DNA of 20,832 bases from assembly GCA_043228905.1 (NCBI GenBank), contig JBHGNT010000557.1, forward strand, positions 1 through 20,832, written 5' to 3'. The notes below the pieces were generated by a model. The model saw nothing but the letters and a program-made list of their open reading frames with translations, was not told where the DNA came from and did no database searches. The position numbers were made by a program, and so were the translations under genes. Every line of letters begins with the position of its first letter. Within the stretch, counting starts at the first letter, position 1. This document shows, piece after piece, positions 20,161 to 20,832 of the stretch. This DNA comes from Azolla caroliniana (taxonomy: Eukaryota; Plantae; Polypodiophyta).

Positions 20161-20214
20161 AACGTGAAAGATGCGGTAGGAAGGATCAAGTCGAGGATCG
20201 ACTGATCCTTGTAG

Positions 20215-20832
20215 ATGACATCCTCAAGGAATGAAGTGGGAGAGTTCAAAAGGATGATGGCAATCGTCGAACAAATGATGAGATTTCAGGACAACGATGC
20301 GAGCGTGGAGAAGGCTGTCGACCGTGTTGTGGAGCTCGAGGGTCAATTTGATGGAAGGAACATTACAAAGTTCCTTGACACATACAAAAGGGAGATGAAT
20401 CAGAGGGACGTGTTTGAAGGACGTCAAATTGCGAGTTTCAAGAGAGTTGTCGCCAACAACATCCAAAGGCGGGTCATCGATCCTCAAGAAGGGAAGACAA
20501 CATGGTCCAAGTTTGAGAAAGCAATATTAGCAGAGTTCGTGACAGAAGATTTTTCGAGAATGACTTGGCATGTCTTGATGAAGTGGATAGAGAAGAAAAA
20601 TAAGAAGATGAGTGCCTCGAGGGTGTACGAGGAGTTCGACCAAATGTTTAATCGTCTCCCCACCGCAGACCAAGTGCTACTTGAGGAGGACAAGTCTTTG
20701 TACTCCCAGAAAGCTATGGATATGAAGGATATAAGAGAGTTGGGGACTCTCCTTGAAGATGACACCCAAGCGGATGGACTTGTAGTAGACTGGATTGCGG
20801 TGAAGTGAACGTGCAACAGGCTCGACAAGCGT
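20215..20832 (+). pseudogene. gag: Element B gag, N-terminal part
   Basis: 197-aa ORF closely similar to D gag (7904-8500). It ends at a TGA (20806-20808) where D has an Arg codon. Confidence 0.88.

Larger units (their letters stand above)
3983..20161 (+). mobile_element. Ty3/gypsy element C, near full length, degenerate (hosts D and E)
   Basis: Paired LTRs (3983-4849 and 18973-20161) and TSD ACGT (3979-3982 and 20162-20165). Has a PBS, a PPT and gag-PR-RT-RH-IN domain order. Confidence 0.94.
18973..20161 (+). repeat. 3' LTR of element C with triplicated 3' end
   Basis: PPT GGAGGGGGCGAG precedes TGTCGTAG. Ends GGCACGACA, followed by TSD ACGT. Confidence 0.93.
3040..20832 (+). mobile_element. 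Ty3/gypsy element B (5' part, runs off the window, hosts element C)
   Basis: LTR 3040-3960, a PBS split by C, then leader and gag from 20162 that are homologous to D's 7851 onward. Confidence 0.88.

Overview
No host gene is visible. The window is a nest of decayed plant LTR retrotransposons, probably from a non-seed plant such as a moss or lycophyte (inference from the element type). From the left: a Ty1/copia RT-RNaseH remnant (1-1164, minus strand) carrying a templated inverted-duplication scar; a heavily deleted Ty3/gypsy remnant A (1158-~2290); and a truncated LTR, PBS and tandem-repeat leader of a different family F (~2291-3039). A five-deep nest follows. Element B (5' LTR 3040-3960, gag resuming at 20215) sits in F. 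Element C (3983-20161, TSD ACGT) inserted inside B's tRNA-Trp PBS. Element D (6731-15237) inserted in C's protease, and solo LTR E (10865-11603, TSD ACGG) inserted in D's RT. An F-family solo LTR (3577-3911, TSD CCCGG) sits in B's LTR. A-E share TGTCG...CGACA termini. Where the relevant parts are present, they also share 4-bp TSDs, a tRNA-Trp PBS, a DHG protease motif, an FLDD RT motif and no chromodomain, which fits a non-chromovirus Phygy/Selgy/Ylt1-like group. The most unusual observations are: an antisense tRNA-like A-box/B-box module kept in three otherwise divergent LTR types; a conserved G-GAT-TTT-TAG junction between gag-PR and RT; ACGN target sites; a covarying U5 hairpin; and a triplicated 3' LTR end.
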